Shown here: one piece after another, positions 37,388 to 50,969 of the stretch
How the letters are laid out: every line of letters begins with the position of its first letter
Numbering within the stretch: position 1 is the stretch's first letter
Source of the DNA: Chiloscyllium plagiosum
Lineage: Eukaryota
Assembly (NCBI RefSeq): GCF_004010195.1
Contig: NC_057718.1
Coordinates: 12,318,924-12,382,923 of the forward strand
Direction of reading: 5' to 3'
Length of the DNA stretch: 64,000 nucleotides
Program-made: the position numbers and the translations under genes
Notes under the pieces: model-generated
What the model saw: only the letters and a program-made list of their open reading frames with translations
Database searches by the model: none
What the model was told of the DNA's origin: nothing

Positions 37388-38871
37388 GTACCTGTCACAT
37401 GAAATTCAAACCTCCAGAGCAATTTATTTTCCTGTCTTTAGTGCAAAGGCCCAATGAAGGTTGTCTATCACTTTGCAGAATTATAATATACTGATCTACC
37501 TGCACGAAGCATTGGGAGTGTAAAAGGTAAAGTCGTCATTGTCTTACCAGAGCAAAAGGCTGGTCTCCCACTGGAAAGGAATAACTGGTGGTGGTTTAAT
37601 TTGTCAGTCACCATGCTTCAGGCAAGGTGAAAAGTTGAGAAGGAGAATCATTCATGGTAACCTTAACAGGTGGTGGAATTGAGCCCTGTGAGCATCACTG
37701 TGCATCACAAACCAGCTGTCTAGCCAACTAAATTGGGAGTACTCTATATAATTTTTGGTTTAATTTGTTGAAAATTGCCTAATGACAGAATTTCTAGTTT
37801 ACAGCACTTGCTCAAACCTTGGAAAAGATTCTGTACTCTCTGTTCACCCAACCAAACTCTGTGACCGACAGCATTTACAGGAATAGTAACGAGGCAGAAC
37901 TATTTATAGGATCATTGAATAGTATAACATCGGAGGATGCCATTAGGCCCAAAGAGGCATTGCTGGCTCGCTCAAGCGCATAATTCTCCCTGAATCAAAA
38001 TCACTGAAACAGATTATCTGGTCATGACAACTTTGCTTTTTCCAGGAGCTTGTTGTGAGCAAATTTGTTGTTGCATTTCTGACATTACAGCAGTGACTAC
38101 ACTTCAGTGTGTTCTCTTTCACTCTTCATGTGTTATGCCTGAGGGTTGAATAATCATGAGGCTGTAATTTTGCTGTGGGGTTGGTTGTGGAGGCAGGACC
38201 CAACAGCTATCTCAGCCAGTACAGGGACTAAGCCCACTTTGTTACCCACTTTTGCACCACAATTTAACCAACAGTACTAACGAGCCTAACATTGGCTCTG
38301 AAGTGCCTTAAATAAATAAATATAAGGTGTTGTCTCTTTTTTCTCTGAAAGGTTGGACTCACTTTCTTGATACTTAACATTTGTAATGATGTAAATTGCA
38401 TTTGCCTGCTCCAACATATTGCTACAAACAAGACAATGATAGGGCTTTTTAAAATTCTAAATTAGAGCTATAATCATCTATGTGAGACCGTGTGGGGCAG
38501 GCGTCTGAGTTATATATCCAATTGTACTTGTAAAATACTTTATTTGCAGTAAAAAAAACTTCAGAATATCTTCATGTGGTGATTTTTTTTAATATCACTT
38601 TTTTTTAGGGATATTATCTGCTTTTAAAAAGTAGTGTGTTGGCCTTGGTTATATCCTGTGGCGTTGCATTTGTCAGAGTTGAAATGGTAACATATGTCTG
38701 AGTCTGGTACGGTTTAGCAACAAAGCTGGCAGGAGGGCAAGTTGTTTGCTAATTTCGAGCAAAATATTCTGCTTTCTGATTCAACTGCGTCAATTTAGCC
38801 CATCAGAGAGTGCAAGAACCTATTGTTACACTATCAATTTGCCCAATCAATCCAAGTGATTTCTTTTCCAG

Positions 38872-38951
38872 CTTCGATGCTGCCTGGAAAGCCTCCAGAA
38901 ATGGGGTGAGATGCCAAGACCCACACTTGAACAAGCATTTGATAGACCTGG
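38872..38951 (+). CDS. ERMARD: ERMARD coding exon 13
   Basis: tttccag|LRCCLESLQKWGEMPRPTLEQAFDRP; weak match to human SCEESIRVWALLPFP; phases fit. Confidence 0.8.
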
Positions 38952-40283
38952 GTAGGAAGACTTTCCATCAGCAATGCTATTAAAGCCTACCTTGCCAGCC
39001 TGACTGGTAAAAATATTGAGTAGCTGGAGTATAAAAAGTTCATAATGAGGTACCTGATAGTGTATGGCTGGTGTTATGGATGCTACGGTTGGATCCAGTG
39101 GCTATTGCTTAGGAGAAACAAGTTATCCAAAACTTTCCTGCTTCTGCTTAATCTGGTAACCTCTGCTGTGGTGTGTATGTTAACTGGTATCCGTACTTGG
39201 CTATAAGTTGCGCATTGTCCATATAATGTTTTTCTAAATGGCATTTTTTTTCCCATCTTGGCAATTCCAGGGTTGAGTTTTCTACTCAGTGCTGAGTTAG
39301 CTAACCTCATTCCACTTTGATTTCTTTACAATTGACTTTCAAGCTTCTTAAAACAAACTTTCCATTTTTCAGATGGTAAAGTCCATTATTACAGTTGTAA
39401 AGAAATGGAGCAGAGTTCTTTCTAGTGTCCTTTATCCCTCAATCAAAAAATTAAAATGTCTGGTCATTATCACTTTGGTGTATTTGACAGCTGAGAGTAG
39501 AAAGGTTTAAAAGGGACCTGAGGGGCAACTTTTTCAGAGGATGATTCATATGTGAAATGAACTGCTAGAGAAAGTGGTAGATGCAAGTACAGTTACAACA
39601 CTTAAAAGACATTTGAATAGGTACATGAATAGGAAAGATTTAAAGGGATATGTATCAAACAAATTTGGGAAAGTTGGTCAACATGGGCGAGATGAACAAA
39701 GGGTCTGTTTCTATGCTGTATGGTCAAATGTAACTATTTGTAATCGTCATGCTGGAACCGGCAAGTTGATGGAGTTTGGATCAGAGCGATACCTGCCACA
39801 GCAATTCTGCTGACATCTGACTGTCTCAGCTGTCATTTGAGGAAGCTGGCAGGAGGCTGGAAAAACACAGCAAGCCAGGCAGCATCAGGAGGTGGAGAAG
39901 TTGAATATGAGGAAGCTGGGCAATGTCTTTGCTGGTGGAATCATAGCTGAGTACAGGTCACTACCCTTATGAAATCCGGAAAGAAAGCTAAAGTGGAAAT
40001 AGGGAAATGTGTTATCAAGAGAAGGGTGCAATTCATGTTCGTCTTCCATGCACGTGGACAACTGGGGAAACGTATTGATTTCTACATTAAATTAATAATG
40101 CAGCAACTTGATTATGTTAAGGGAGTAAACATCAGTTATTCACAAGACAAATGTACTAATTATTAAATTATTAGTGGGCGCTAATGCATCATTAAATTCA
40201 TAACGGGAAAGCTCATTGATTAACAAGTGATGAAGAAATGTTGTTGCTGTTTAAAATGGTTGCTTTGTACCACCACCTCACAG

Positions 40284-40418
40284 GTCTGATTATTCAGGTC
40301 CTACAATCCAAACTGTTCACCAAAGCCTGATGGAAGGACTTGTTTCTGCTCTAATAAACCGACTGCAGATGGTTTATGATGAAGACCTTGATCCCTTACA
40401 CTATTTATTGGCGGAGGA
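40284..40418 (+). CDS. ERMARD: ERMARD coding exon 14 (divergent)
   Basis: ctcacag|...SDYSGPTIQTVHQSLMEGLV...LHYLLAE|GTGAGT; open frame with phase 2/2, as the flanking exons require. Confidence 0.75.
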
Positions 40419-41363
40419 GTGAGTGTTATATTTCAGGAATTGTTTTGACTGAATATTTTACTCAGATTTGTTCTTTGCTATAGTGCATTGATGCATGTTT
40501 TTTCACATGAGGTTGGTCACTGCACGAGCATGAGATGTCCTGGAACTGTAATGAGCATGATGGAAACACGAGGCAAACAGGAGTAGCCATTCAGCTGCTT
40601 AAAGCAATTATTTCTGTGCCTGTTTATTGAGGATCGGTTTAGCTTAGTTGGCTGTACAGTAGGTTTGCACAGTGGTGATTACAATCAGCACAGTTTCAAT
40701 TCTTGTATTGGCTGAGATCACCATGAAGGCTCTGCATTCTCTGTCTTGCCCCGCACCTGAGACGTGGTAACCCTCAGAATAAACTAACCAATCATCACTT
40801 TCTAACGATGGTCCTTTGGAAATATAGTGACTTCCATTTCAAACCTCTTAATTTCCTCGCCCAATAATATCTATCAACTTTGGCATTTCACATTTTGATT
40901 TTACCTCCAGCTTCAACAGCTAAAATTCTCCCCCTAGTTTTCCAGTTTCTGCATGGCTTTACACATTGCTAATTTGATAACATCTTCTAGACTGCTCCTT
41001 TGAAATAATTTAAATGCCTCCAATCCTGGGACTTTCCACATTTCTGATTTTAATTTCTTCAACATTAGTGCTATTAGTTGCCTGGGCCCTAACTCTCTAG
41101 AACTTCATCCCTAATCATGTCTGGTGTTTTTTAGCCTTCCAAGGCACTCCTGAAAATCTCTTTGACCAAGCTTGCAGTTGACTGTCATGATGCCACCTCA
41201 CGTTCCAAGTCCATCTTTATTTGATAACACTTCTATGAAGTGCTGTGGGACATTTTATTACAGAAGAGACTGTATAAATGAATATTCTCATACTCTTGAC
41301 CATAGATGTGAGAAATGTCTACAGTGCTGTAGAATTAACTGAGGATACGTCTTCTCATTGCAG

Positions 41364-41582
41364 GCAGCTTCATCTAGTAGCTAAACTGCTGACCAACCGC
41401 ATCTGCACTTTGTATTGCCCACGTGTTGTTTTGGAAGTGGTGTCATTGCTGAGGAAAATTGCCTCGCAGTGCCTGACAGTTTCACAGCAGATTATGCATG
41501 GTGTTGTGTCTCGCCACCAACAGTGGCTGAGCAAATCCCTGCGCTCACGACAAAGGCAGAATTATCTTCGAATGCTGGGCAG
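41364..41582 (+). CDS. ERMARD: ERMARD coding exon 15
   Basis: TLYCPRVVLEVVSLLRKI...RHQQWLSKSLRSRQRQNYLRM|GTGAGG. Confidence 0.95.
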
Positions 41583-42719
41583 GTGAGGTTTTGATGCAAG
41601 GTTTCTTTTATATTTTGAAGTGATTTGAGATCCCCTGATTATTGTTGTTGTAGTCATCTAGTTCAAAAATACAAAAGTGACTTTAATGAAAATGGAGCCC
41701 TCTAAGCATTTGTGTGCAACACTAACACGAGTCGACCAGTCTGAATAACTAGAATTGATTAAATGGAATTTAGAATGAGGGTAACATGTATTGTCAGTCT
41801 ATCTACCTATAGAACAGTGATTTGGTCCAATTTGACACCTTGTGCCAGGGCACATATCACTCCCCTGCCTCCAGCACCAGTAGAAATTCCACATGTTATA
41901 CGCTGTTCACTTACAAGCTGATACACTGAAAATTCTGAATAGAGTTACATTGTTTATTTCTTGAATATGTTGGAGCTATACAAGAAAAAAAAATCACATG
42001 TATCTCTTTCCCTCTTGCCTTTATAGAATGTGGTCATAAATTCCACAAAGGTTTTATCTCCACTGGATGTGTCAACTTTATCGTAAATGCCGTTGGGACT
42101 AGTTTAGTTTGGGATTACTGGTTGGACCAAAAGCTTTGTTTCTGTGCTGTATGACTCTATGTGAATCAGTTGCTCCTTTCTGTCGCTCTATTATCCCCTT
42201 CAGTTTCCTCCTCTTTATCTGTTTTTCACTGTAGCTGTTGGTTTACATGTTGAGACCTTGTCTGTCATGGCCACAATGAGCTGAATGGAAATCTTATGTT
42301 TTTCTATGTTTCTGCTTATTTCCAGTTAGTTTCAGAAAACACGTCTAGTTAATGATCTTATTAACAGTATCACTACACAGTCCTATCCATGATACAAAGG
42401 GACTTTAAGCATTTTTATTTTCAAGGTGAAGACATTGATAATTGTGCTCAGGGCAGGGAAGGACCATCCTAAATCAGCAAAAACAGGACAGCGAATATTT
42501 AAGCAACTGGGTATAGGATAGTTATTTTTTCTGTGATCGCAAAATACTAACCATTGTGTAAAACTGAGGGAGCCCAATTGGAAAGGATTATTTACTGTTG
42601 AACACCAAAGTAGAGTTACTATTTGTGATGTGCATAGGCTAGTCCCAGCCTGAACAGACAGTTCTGCTGACCTATCTCTGGGTCTGCTTTTTTTATTTAT
42701 TAATTTTTTCTTTTAGCTA

Positions 42720-43125
42720 ACCTGTTTTTCTAACCAACCTATTTTGAGTGATGTTATTACACACCTGTGGAACAGGTCGGACATATACCTTGGCCTCCTG
42801 CTCCAAGGGCAAGGACAGTACCATTGTACCATAAGAGGACCCTAAAATGCAGCAACACCCCACATACTTAAATAATTCTTTTCATCAACCTGTTCAAACA
42901 TAATAAAACACACCTCTTGGTACAGGTTGGATTTGAACCTAGACTTTCTCAGTCTGGAGCACTGCTCTGGGTCTGCTGTAGAATTAAAATAAAATGTTTA
43001 TGTAATCTATTTTTCCAATCAACCTGTTCAGAGATGTTACTGCACACCTATGGAGCAGGTGGGACCTGAACCTGAGCCTCCCAGTCAAGGGATAGGGAGA
43101 CTACTACTGGACCACAAGGACCTCT
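42720..43125 (-). mobile_element. Three clustered copies of a short (about 120 bp) tRNA-derived SINE
   Basis: Repeated TTTT..CAACCTGTTCA...CACACCT..GG..CAGGT.GGA..TGAACCT; A and B boxes on the minus strand. Confidence 0.6.
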
Positions 43126-43369
43126 GAGGTCCAATTTTATTTAAACCAAGGAACTCTTACTCAGCGAGCTTCACAGGGAGATTAATTATTGATTTCCCCA
43201 TCGGCTTTGTAGGGGTTATCACATTATTTAACTTTCACTTGCAGGAGATAGTTGACTGCTGTGTTCCTGCCTTTTACTCACCAACTCTACCCACCCCCCC
43301 ACCCTTTACAACCAATCCTTAGATATGTGATGTCTATGCATGTGTGAATTGTATGTGAACATGCATCTA

Positions 43370-43529
43370 CGGAGAAGCCTCTATTGTTCAAACGACACAG
43401 GTGGGCAATATTTTGTTCAGATAATCAAATGCCGGATAACACCGTTTAGCTAAGCATCGAGACCTTGCGATCTTGTTTGGATAATCCAAAATTCGGATAA
43501 TCGAATGGCAGATAATCGAGGTTCCTCTG
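43370..43529. mobile_element. Short (160 bp) copy of the same Tigger/pogo-type MITE
   Basis: Ends GATAATCGAGGTTCCTCTG-TA; shares subterminal sequence with 4477-5218 in reverse orientation. Confidence 0.8.
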
Positions 43530-43749
43530 TATATGTGTAGAAATGAGTTAGTTTACAGACATCTACACTAGTTCCCATATAGTATCCAAACACATTTTTC
43601 TTATTCTTTTGCTTTTTCTTGTTGCTGTTTGTTTCACAACAGCAAAACTTGTTAACAATGCAAGGTCTAACTTGCCATGACCAGGAATGGTACCAGAGAT
43701 TTGCACACCTATGTATGTGAGAGTCGTACTTGTTCGTGCACAATTTTAT

Positions 43750-44470
43750 TTAGAGTTATAGAGATGTACGGCACGGAAACAGACCCTTCAGTCCAACTCG
43801 TCCATGCCGACCAGATATCCCAATCTAACTTGGTCCCACTTGCCAGCACCCAGCCATATCCCGCTTAAACCCTTCCTATTCATACACCCATCTGGATGCC
43901 TTTTAAAATGTTGTGGTTGTACCAGCCTCCACTTCCTCTGGCAGCTCATCTCACACACTCATCACCCACTGTGTGAAAAAGCTACCCCTTGGGTCTCTCT
44001 TTTACCTTCCCCTCCCACCCTAAACCGATGCCATCTAGTTCTCAACTCCTTCACCCCAGGGAAAAGACTTTGTCTATTTATCCTATCTATGCCCTTTATG
44101 ATTTTATAAATCTATATAGGGTCACCCGTCAGCCTCAGATACTCCAGGGAAAACAGCACCAGTCTGTTCAACCTCTCCCTATAGCTCAAACCCTCCAACC
44201 CTGGCAACATCCTTGTAAATCTTTTCTGAACCCTTTCAAGTTTCACATCTTTCCGATAGGGAGGAGATCAGAATTGCATGCAGTATTCCAAAAGTGGCCT
44301 AAACACTGTTCTGTACTGTCGCAACGTGACCTCCCAACTCCTATGCTGAATACTCTGACCAATAAAAGAAAGCATACCAAACGCTTTCTTCACTATCCTA
44401 TCTACCTGTGACTCTACTTTCAAGGAGCTATGAATCTGCAGTCTAAGGTCTCTTTGTTCAGCAACACTTT
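43750..44470 (-). mobile_element. HER1/CR1 LINE 3' portion
   Basis: Reverse complement of the same family as 32230-33260. Confidence 0.9.
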
Positions 44471-44833
44471 CTTTTATTTCTTACGGGTTTTTCCTCAAAA
44501 CATCCAAGTTATCCAGTATGACAAATTTAAGTATGGCACTGAAAGCATCAAAAGCTCTGTTTTCATTTATTAAATCAAATTGACAGGTAGTTCTAACACG
44601 GCAGGTGAAAGAGTAGGCTACTTTCTCCAAAGGTGCTGCCAAACCTGCTGAGTTTCTCCAGCACCTGTTTTTATTTCAGATTTCTACCATCCACAATATT
44701 TTGCTTTTATTCGATTGTATTTCCTCGTTCCTTGTGCAACTCTGAGTATCTTGATAAGTTATGTGTAGTGATTATACTAACATTTCAAATGGATTTGCTC
44801 ACTGTCAGGATTTGGTATCATTTTCTTTTACAG

Positions 44834-44947
44834 TATCCAGTACTTGCACCATATTTTCATTCTGCTAACTCTACTTGTAACGGTGGAACTGCTCAATGCA
44901 CAGACAATGAAGGATGATGCTTCATCTGAATATCACTGCTACTTGAA
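44834..44947 (+). CDS. ERMARD: ERMARD coding exon 16 (hydrophobic segment)
   Basis: IQYLHHIFILLTLLVTVELLN...EYHCYL|GTAAGT. Confidence 0.88.
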
Positions 44948-45049
44948 GTAAGTACTGCAACTTACCAGGAAATGTCACAAGTTAGGCCATTGCAAAACGC
45001 AATATTGAATGTAAAAATGTAGCTCTGGTCTCGTCATTAATGTGCTACA

Positions 45050-47095
45050 TTACTGATAGAGCTAAGCGATTCCATAACTAACAGATCAGAAAGTGTTGTA
45101 GACCTGCCACATCCCGTAGTGAATGGTGGGAGGCAATTAAACAACTTAGTGGAGGATGAGGCTCCACAAATATCCCTAGTGATGGGGGAGCCAGCACATT
45201 AGTGCAAAAGAAAAGATTGAAGCATTTGCAACAATCTTCGTCCAATAGTGCAAGGAGGATGATCCTTCTCTGCCTCCTCCAGAAGTCCCCAGCATCACAT
45301 GCCAGTCTTCAACCAATTTGATTCACTGCATGTAATATCAAGAAAGGTTTGGAGGCAATGGGTACTGCAAAGGCTCTTGGCTGTGACAGCATTCTGGCAA
45401 TAGTGATGAAGATTTGTGGTACAGAATTTGCTGCACCCCTAGCCAAACTAGCTATCCACCGCAGCTACAACATTGATATCTGCCCAGCAATGTGGAAAAT
45501 GTCTCCGGTATGTCCTGTACACACAAACCAGGACAAATCCAACACCCCAATTACTGTCCCATCTATCTACTCTCTCTTAATAATGTGATGGAGAGTGCTA
45601 TCAAGGAGCACCTGTTCAGCGATAACCTGGTCACTGACACCTAGTTGTGTTCTGCCAAGACCATTCAGTTCCTGACATCATTACAGCTTTGTTCAAATAA
45701 GGACACATGAGCTGGATTCCAAAAATGAGGTGAGAATATTAGCTCTTGCCATCAAAGCTGCATTCAACAGAGTGTGACATCGAGGAGCCCTAGCAAATCT
45801 GAAATCCATGAGAATCGGGTAAAGCTTTCTGCTGGTTGGCATCATACGTGGCACAAGGGAGGATGGTTGTTGGAAATCAGTCATCTCAACTCCAGGGTAT
45901 CTCTGCATGAGCTCCTCAGGATAGTGTCCTTGGCCCAGCCGTCTTCAGGTGCGTCATCAGTGACTTTCCCTCCATCATAAGGTCAGAAGTGGGGATATTC
46001 GCTGATATATAACGTTCAGCACCATTCATGAGTGCTCAGTTACTGAAGCAGGCCATGTTCAAATGCAGCAAGACCTTGATAATATCCAGTCTTAGGCTGA
46101 AAAGTGGCAAGTAACAATTATGCCACATAAATGCCAGGCAATGACCATCTCCAATAAGAGACAATGTAAATCACCGCCTCTTGGCATCCTAGGGTTACCA
46201 TTGACCAGAACCTGAACTGGCCAAACCATATAAATCTCTAAGAACAAGTTAGAAATTAGAAATACTTCAGCAAGTAACTCACCTCCTGACTCCCCAAAGC
46301 CTGTCTATCATCTGCAAGGTACAGATCAGGAGTAATGGAATACTCCCCACTTGCCGGATGAGTGCAGCTCCAGCAACACTCCAGCAACTTGAACCGTCCA
46401 GGACAAAGCAGCCCAATTGATTGGCACCACACCCACAAACATCCATTCCCTCACCACGGATGATCAGTAGCAGCAGTGTGTGCTATCTGCAAGATGTCCT
46501 GCAAAGATTCACCAAAGATCCTTTCACAGAACCTTCCAAACCCATGGTCACTATTAACTAGAAGGACAAGGGCAGCAGATACTATCTCTCAATTCTCCTC
46601 CAAGTCACTTTTCATTCTGACTTGAAAAAATATCACCATTCCTTCAGAATCATTGGGTCAAAATCCTGGAGCTCTCTCCCCAGCGGCATTGTGGGTGTAC
46701 TGACAGTACAAAGTATTATAGAGGCCCCAACAGTGCAGATCGAGGCCATTTGGCCCATCAAGTCATCATCCCACCTAATCCCACACTTACCATAGTTAAT
46801 TCACTTAGACTGCACACTATAGGGAAATGTAGCATAACTAATCCCCTAACCTGCGTGTCTTTGGACTGTGGGAGGAAATTGGAGCACCCGTGGGAAATCT
46901 GTGCGGACAAATGGACAATGTGCAAACCCCATAAGGCTGGAATCAAACCAGGTCTCTGACGCTGTGAGCTACCCTGCTGCCCCTTGGACTGTAGAGGTTG
47001 AAGAAGGCAGTTCATCACCACCTTCTCAAGGGCAACTAGGGATAGGCAAAAAGCACTGGTTCAGCCAACACCCACATTCCTCACATAAATGAAAG
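45050..47095 (+). mobile_element. Older CR1-clade LINE with a nested V-SINE (about 46715-46985, minus strand)
   Basis: EFAAPLAKL...YNIDICPAMWK..VCPVH..QDKSN RT-region remnants. Confidence 0.8.
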
Positions 47096-47654
47096 AAAAT
47101 TTAAAACTGATCGTTTAAGCACTTCTTGGCTTGTATGATAAAGGTGGTTACAGCCTGATAATGATTCTGTAATGTTGCTACTTAAGACTCAAGTAACAAA
47201 CAGTTATCGTTAGGAAACCCAAGAACTGATTATAAAATGAGTCCATTGAAATATTTGTTTGTCCCAGCACTTTTGTGTCTAACGACTACAGAATTGCAGC
47301 AAGCTTTTGCTTGAATATGTTGGTTTTGCATTTGTTCTTATTGGCATTACTGAGCAGGCCACATTGGAATTAACTAATTCACAAGATCAATTGAGTGTAT
47401 TCACAAGTGAAGAATAATTGATTTTTGTACTGTAGAGGATTCGAGGCAGACAGGGACAGTTTGAGAAAACTAAACTGAAGTAAGTTGGCCACCATATTGA
47501 ATGGTAGATTAAGTTTGGAACCCATTTGGTCTATCCCTACTCTTGTGGTTTATATCATTTGAACGAACTCAAGAGAATAATGACGGGTTTTCTCTTTAAA
47601 CTTGGAGATGGAGCTCCCACTGTAACAGATTCCTAGATATTGCTGAACAGAGAC

Positions 47655-48345
47655 GTAGCGTCATAGAGATGTACAGCATGGAAATAGATCCTTCGGTCCA
47701 ACTCGTTCATGTTGACCAGATATCCCAAACCAATCTAGTCCCACCTGCCAGCGCCTGGCCCATATCCTTCCAAACCCTTCCTATTCATCTACCCATCCAG
47801 ATGCCTTTTAAATGTTGCAATTATATCAGCCTCTACCACTTCCTCTTGCAGCTCATTCCATATACGTGCCACCCTCTGCGTGAAAAAGTTGCCCCTGAGG
47901 TCTCTTTTATATCTTTCCCCTCTCACCCTAAACCCATGCCCTCTAGTTCTGGACTCCCCCACCCCAGGGAAAATACTTTGTCTATCCTATCCATTCCCCT
48001 CATGATTTCATAAACCTCTATAACGTCACCCCTCAGCCTCTGACGCTCCAGGGAAAACAGCCCCAGCCTGTTCAGCCTCTCCCTATAGCTCAAATCCTCC
48101 AACCCTCACAACATCATTGTAAATCTTTTCTGAACCCTTTCAAGTTTCACAACATCTTTCCGCTAGAAAGGAGACCAGAATTGCACGCAATATTCCAACA
48201 GTGGCCTAACCAATGTCCTGTACAACCACAACATGACCTCCCAACTCCTGTACTCAGTACTCTGACCAATAAAGGAAAACATACCAAACGCCTCCTTCGC
48301 TATCCTATCTACTTGCGACTCCACTTTCAAGGAGCTATGAACCTG
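47655..48345 (-). mobile_element. HER1/CR1 LINE 3' portion
   Basis: EVMLWLYRTLVRPLLEYCVQFWSP. Confidence 0.9.
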
Positions 48346-48689
48346 ATGTTGCTGCAACATGTGAATGTAAGTCACATCATCCTTAGGAACCTATTCTACG
48401 CAAACATAAGGAATGCCTTGTGCCTTTTTTGAATTACCCACTGGTTTACAATATCCATTGCTTTGTCCAATGCAATGTCTTGGTCAATCAGTTGACTTAG
48501 CAGTCAGTCAGCACATTTTCTTTCCTCTCTGCTAAGTCATTGTGATCATTTGAAGTTTAATGCTATTGGATTTGATCTGGTAAATGCAAAAGGGAAAGCT
48601 TTGGCAAATATGTCTCTATCAAGATTCAAATCGCAACACAGAAGGAAGCCTTTTAGTCCATCATTTTGGACTGTCTCTTTAAAAGAGAT

Positions 48690-50106
48690 TCTGGATTAGG
48701 GTGCTGGAAGAGCACAGCATTTCAGGCAGCATCTGTGGACAGGCAAAATCGACGTTTCGGGCAAAAGCCCTTCAGGAATAAAGGCAGAGAGCCTGAAGCG
48801 TGGAGAGATAAGCTAGAGGNNNNNNNNNNNNNNNNNNNNNNNNNNNNNNNNNNNNNNNNNNNNNNNNNNNNNNNNNNNNNNNNNNNNNNNNNNNNNNNNN
48901 NNNNNNNNNNNNNNNNNNNNNNNNNNNNNNNNNNNNNNNNNNNNNNNNNNNNNNNNNNNNNNNNNNNNNNNNNNNNNNNNNNNNNNNNNNNNNNNNNNNN
49001 NNNNNNNNNNNNNNNNNNNNNNNNNNNNNNNNNNNNNNNNNNNNNNNNNNNNNNNNNNNNNNNNNNNNNNNNNNNNNNNNNNNNNNNNNNNNNNNNNNNN
49101 NNNNNNNNNNNNNNNNNNNNNNNNNNNNNNNNNNNNNNNNNNNNNNNNNNNNNNNNNNNNNNNNNNNNNNNNNNNNNNNNNNNNNNNNNNNNNNNNNNNN
49201 NNNNNNNNNNNNNNNNNNNNNNNNNNNNNNNNNNNNNNNNNNNNNNNNNNNNNNNNNNNNNNNNNNNNNNNNNNNNNNNNNNNNNNNNNNNNNNNNNNNN
49301 NNNNNNNNNNNNNNNNNNNNNNNNNNNNNNNNNNNNNNNNNNNNNNNNNNNNNNNNNNNNNNNNNNNNNNNNNNNNNNNNNNNNNNNNNNNNNNNNNNNN
49401 NNNNNNNNNNNNNNNNNNNNNNNNNNNNNNNNNNNNNNNNNNNNNNNNNNNNNNNNNNNNNNNNNNNNNNNNNNNNNNNNNNNNNNNNNNNNNNNNNNNN
49501 NNNNNNNNNNNNNNNNNNNNNNNNNNNNNNNNNNNNNNNNNNNNNNNNNNNNNNNNNNNNNNNNNNNNNNNNNNNNNNNNNNNNNNNNNNNNNNNNNNNN
49601 NNNNNNNNNNNNNNNNNNNNNNNNNNNNNNNNNNNNNNNNNNNNNNNNNNNNNNNNNNNNNNNNNNNNNNNNNNNNNNNNNNNNNNNNNNNNNNNNNNNN
49701 NNNNNNNNNNNNNNNNNNNNNNNNNNNNNNNNNNNNNNNNNNNNNNNNNNNNNNNNNNNNNNNNNNNNNNNNNNNNNNNNNNNNCTTGTCCGGACTTGTC
49801 CGACCTGCCCAGCTCCTTTTCCACCTATCCACTCCACCCTCTCCTCCCTGACCTATCACCTTCATCTCCTCCCCCACTGACCTATTGTACTCTATGCTAC
49901 TCTCTCCCCACCCCCACCCTCCTCTAGCTGATCTCTCCACGCTTCAGGCTCTCTGCCTTTATTCCTGATGAAGGGGTTTTGCCCGAAACGTCGATTTTGC
50001 CTGTCCTCGGATTTTGCCTGTCCTCGGATGCTGCCTGAACTGCTGTGCTCTTCCAGCACCACTAATCCAGAATCTGGTTTCCAGCATCTGCAGTCATTGT
50101 TTTTAC
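48690..50106. mobile_element. PLE insertion with inverted pLTRs (gap 48820-49783) and a 15-bp target duplication
   Basis: Left arm is the reverse complement of the right arm. CTCTTTAAAAGAGAT at 48675-48689 and 50107-50121; hammerhead motif at 49965-49992. Confidence 0.88.
49961..49996 (+). ncRNA. Minimal type I hammerhead ribozyme motif in a PLE pLTR
   Basis: AUUC-CUGAUGA-A-GGG...CCC-GAAAC-GUC-GAUU. Confidence 0.6.
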
Positions 50107-50969
50107 CTCTTTAAAAGAGATGTCCAGTCAGAATCATTAAAGGGAGGTCTGGGAGGTGTTGGTTTTCTAAGAGGTATAGGGAGGCGGATTTGTAGAAAGC
50201 ATCGAATCTCATTTAACTGACTTGATGGTTCCTTGTATTACATCAATCTATTAAACTGATATAGCAAAGTAAGATGAAATGATTGGCACTGTTTAGTTTT
50301 TATAAATCCTAATATATTGACAGTCTTGTAACCAGAGTGAGGAAACGTTTGCTGTAGTCTTTTAATGGGGTGGGAAGATCCCAGCAGGGAGAGCTCTCTT
50401 CAGGCTCATAAGCTAGAAGATGTTTCCTTTACTAATCTGTAGCTTGAGGAGATTTATCAATCATGGCAATGCCTTCATCTGCATGGGCCCTAAACTCAGT
50501 AACTCCCTGACTATGTCTATGCATCTGATTCCCTCTTTTTTTTTAAACATGTTCATTAAAACCCACCTCTTTAGAACAGCTTATTGTTACGTGGCCTCCT
50601 ATCTCTATGTTTCAGTGTCAAATTTTGTTTGATAATACTTATGTGAAATAATGAGGCTATATACACAAACTTATTACTTTTGTTGTGTTGTATGATCCCG
50701 ATTGTTTTTTATTTTATGACCTTAACTAGCTATGCTGCTGCTGTTAGAGCTCTAGGTAACTGCTCTTTTAGATACCTCTGTTTCTGCACATTGAAAAGAG
50801 CATGCTCTTTTCAAACTTATACATTCTGCAAAGCAAAAGTCCTAGTTTATCCTAAGGTTTCTCTAATACTGAGTGGATTTACTGCCTGTCTTAATGAATC
50901 ACTGACTCTATATTCCCATTAAACTATTTTTTTTTAAACCCTGCCATTTTTAAACATTTCCATTCACAG

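Noticed and set aside
37479..37526. AG...GT-bounded segment as ERMARD exon 13
   Set aside because: It has an in-frame TAA and no homology; 38872-38951 fits both phase and sequence.
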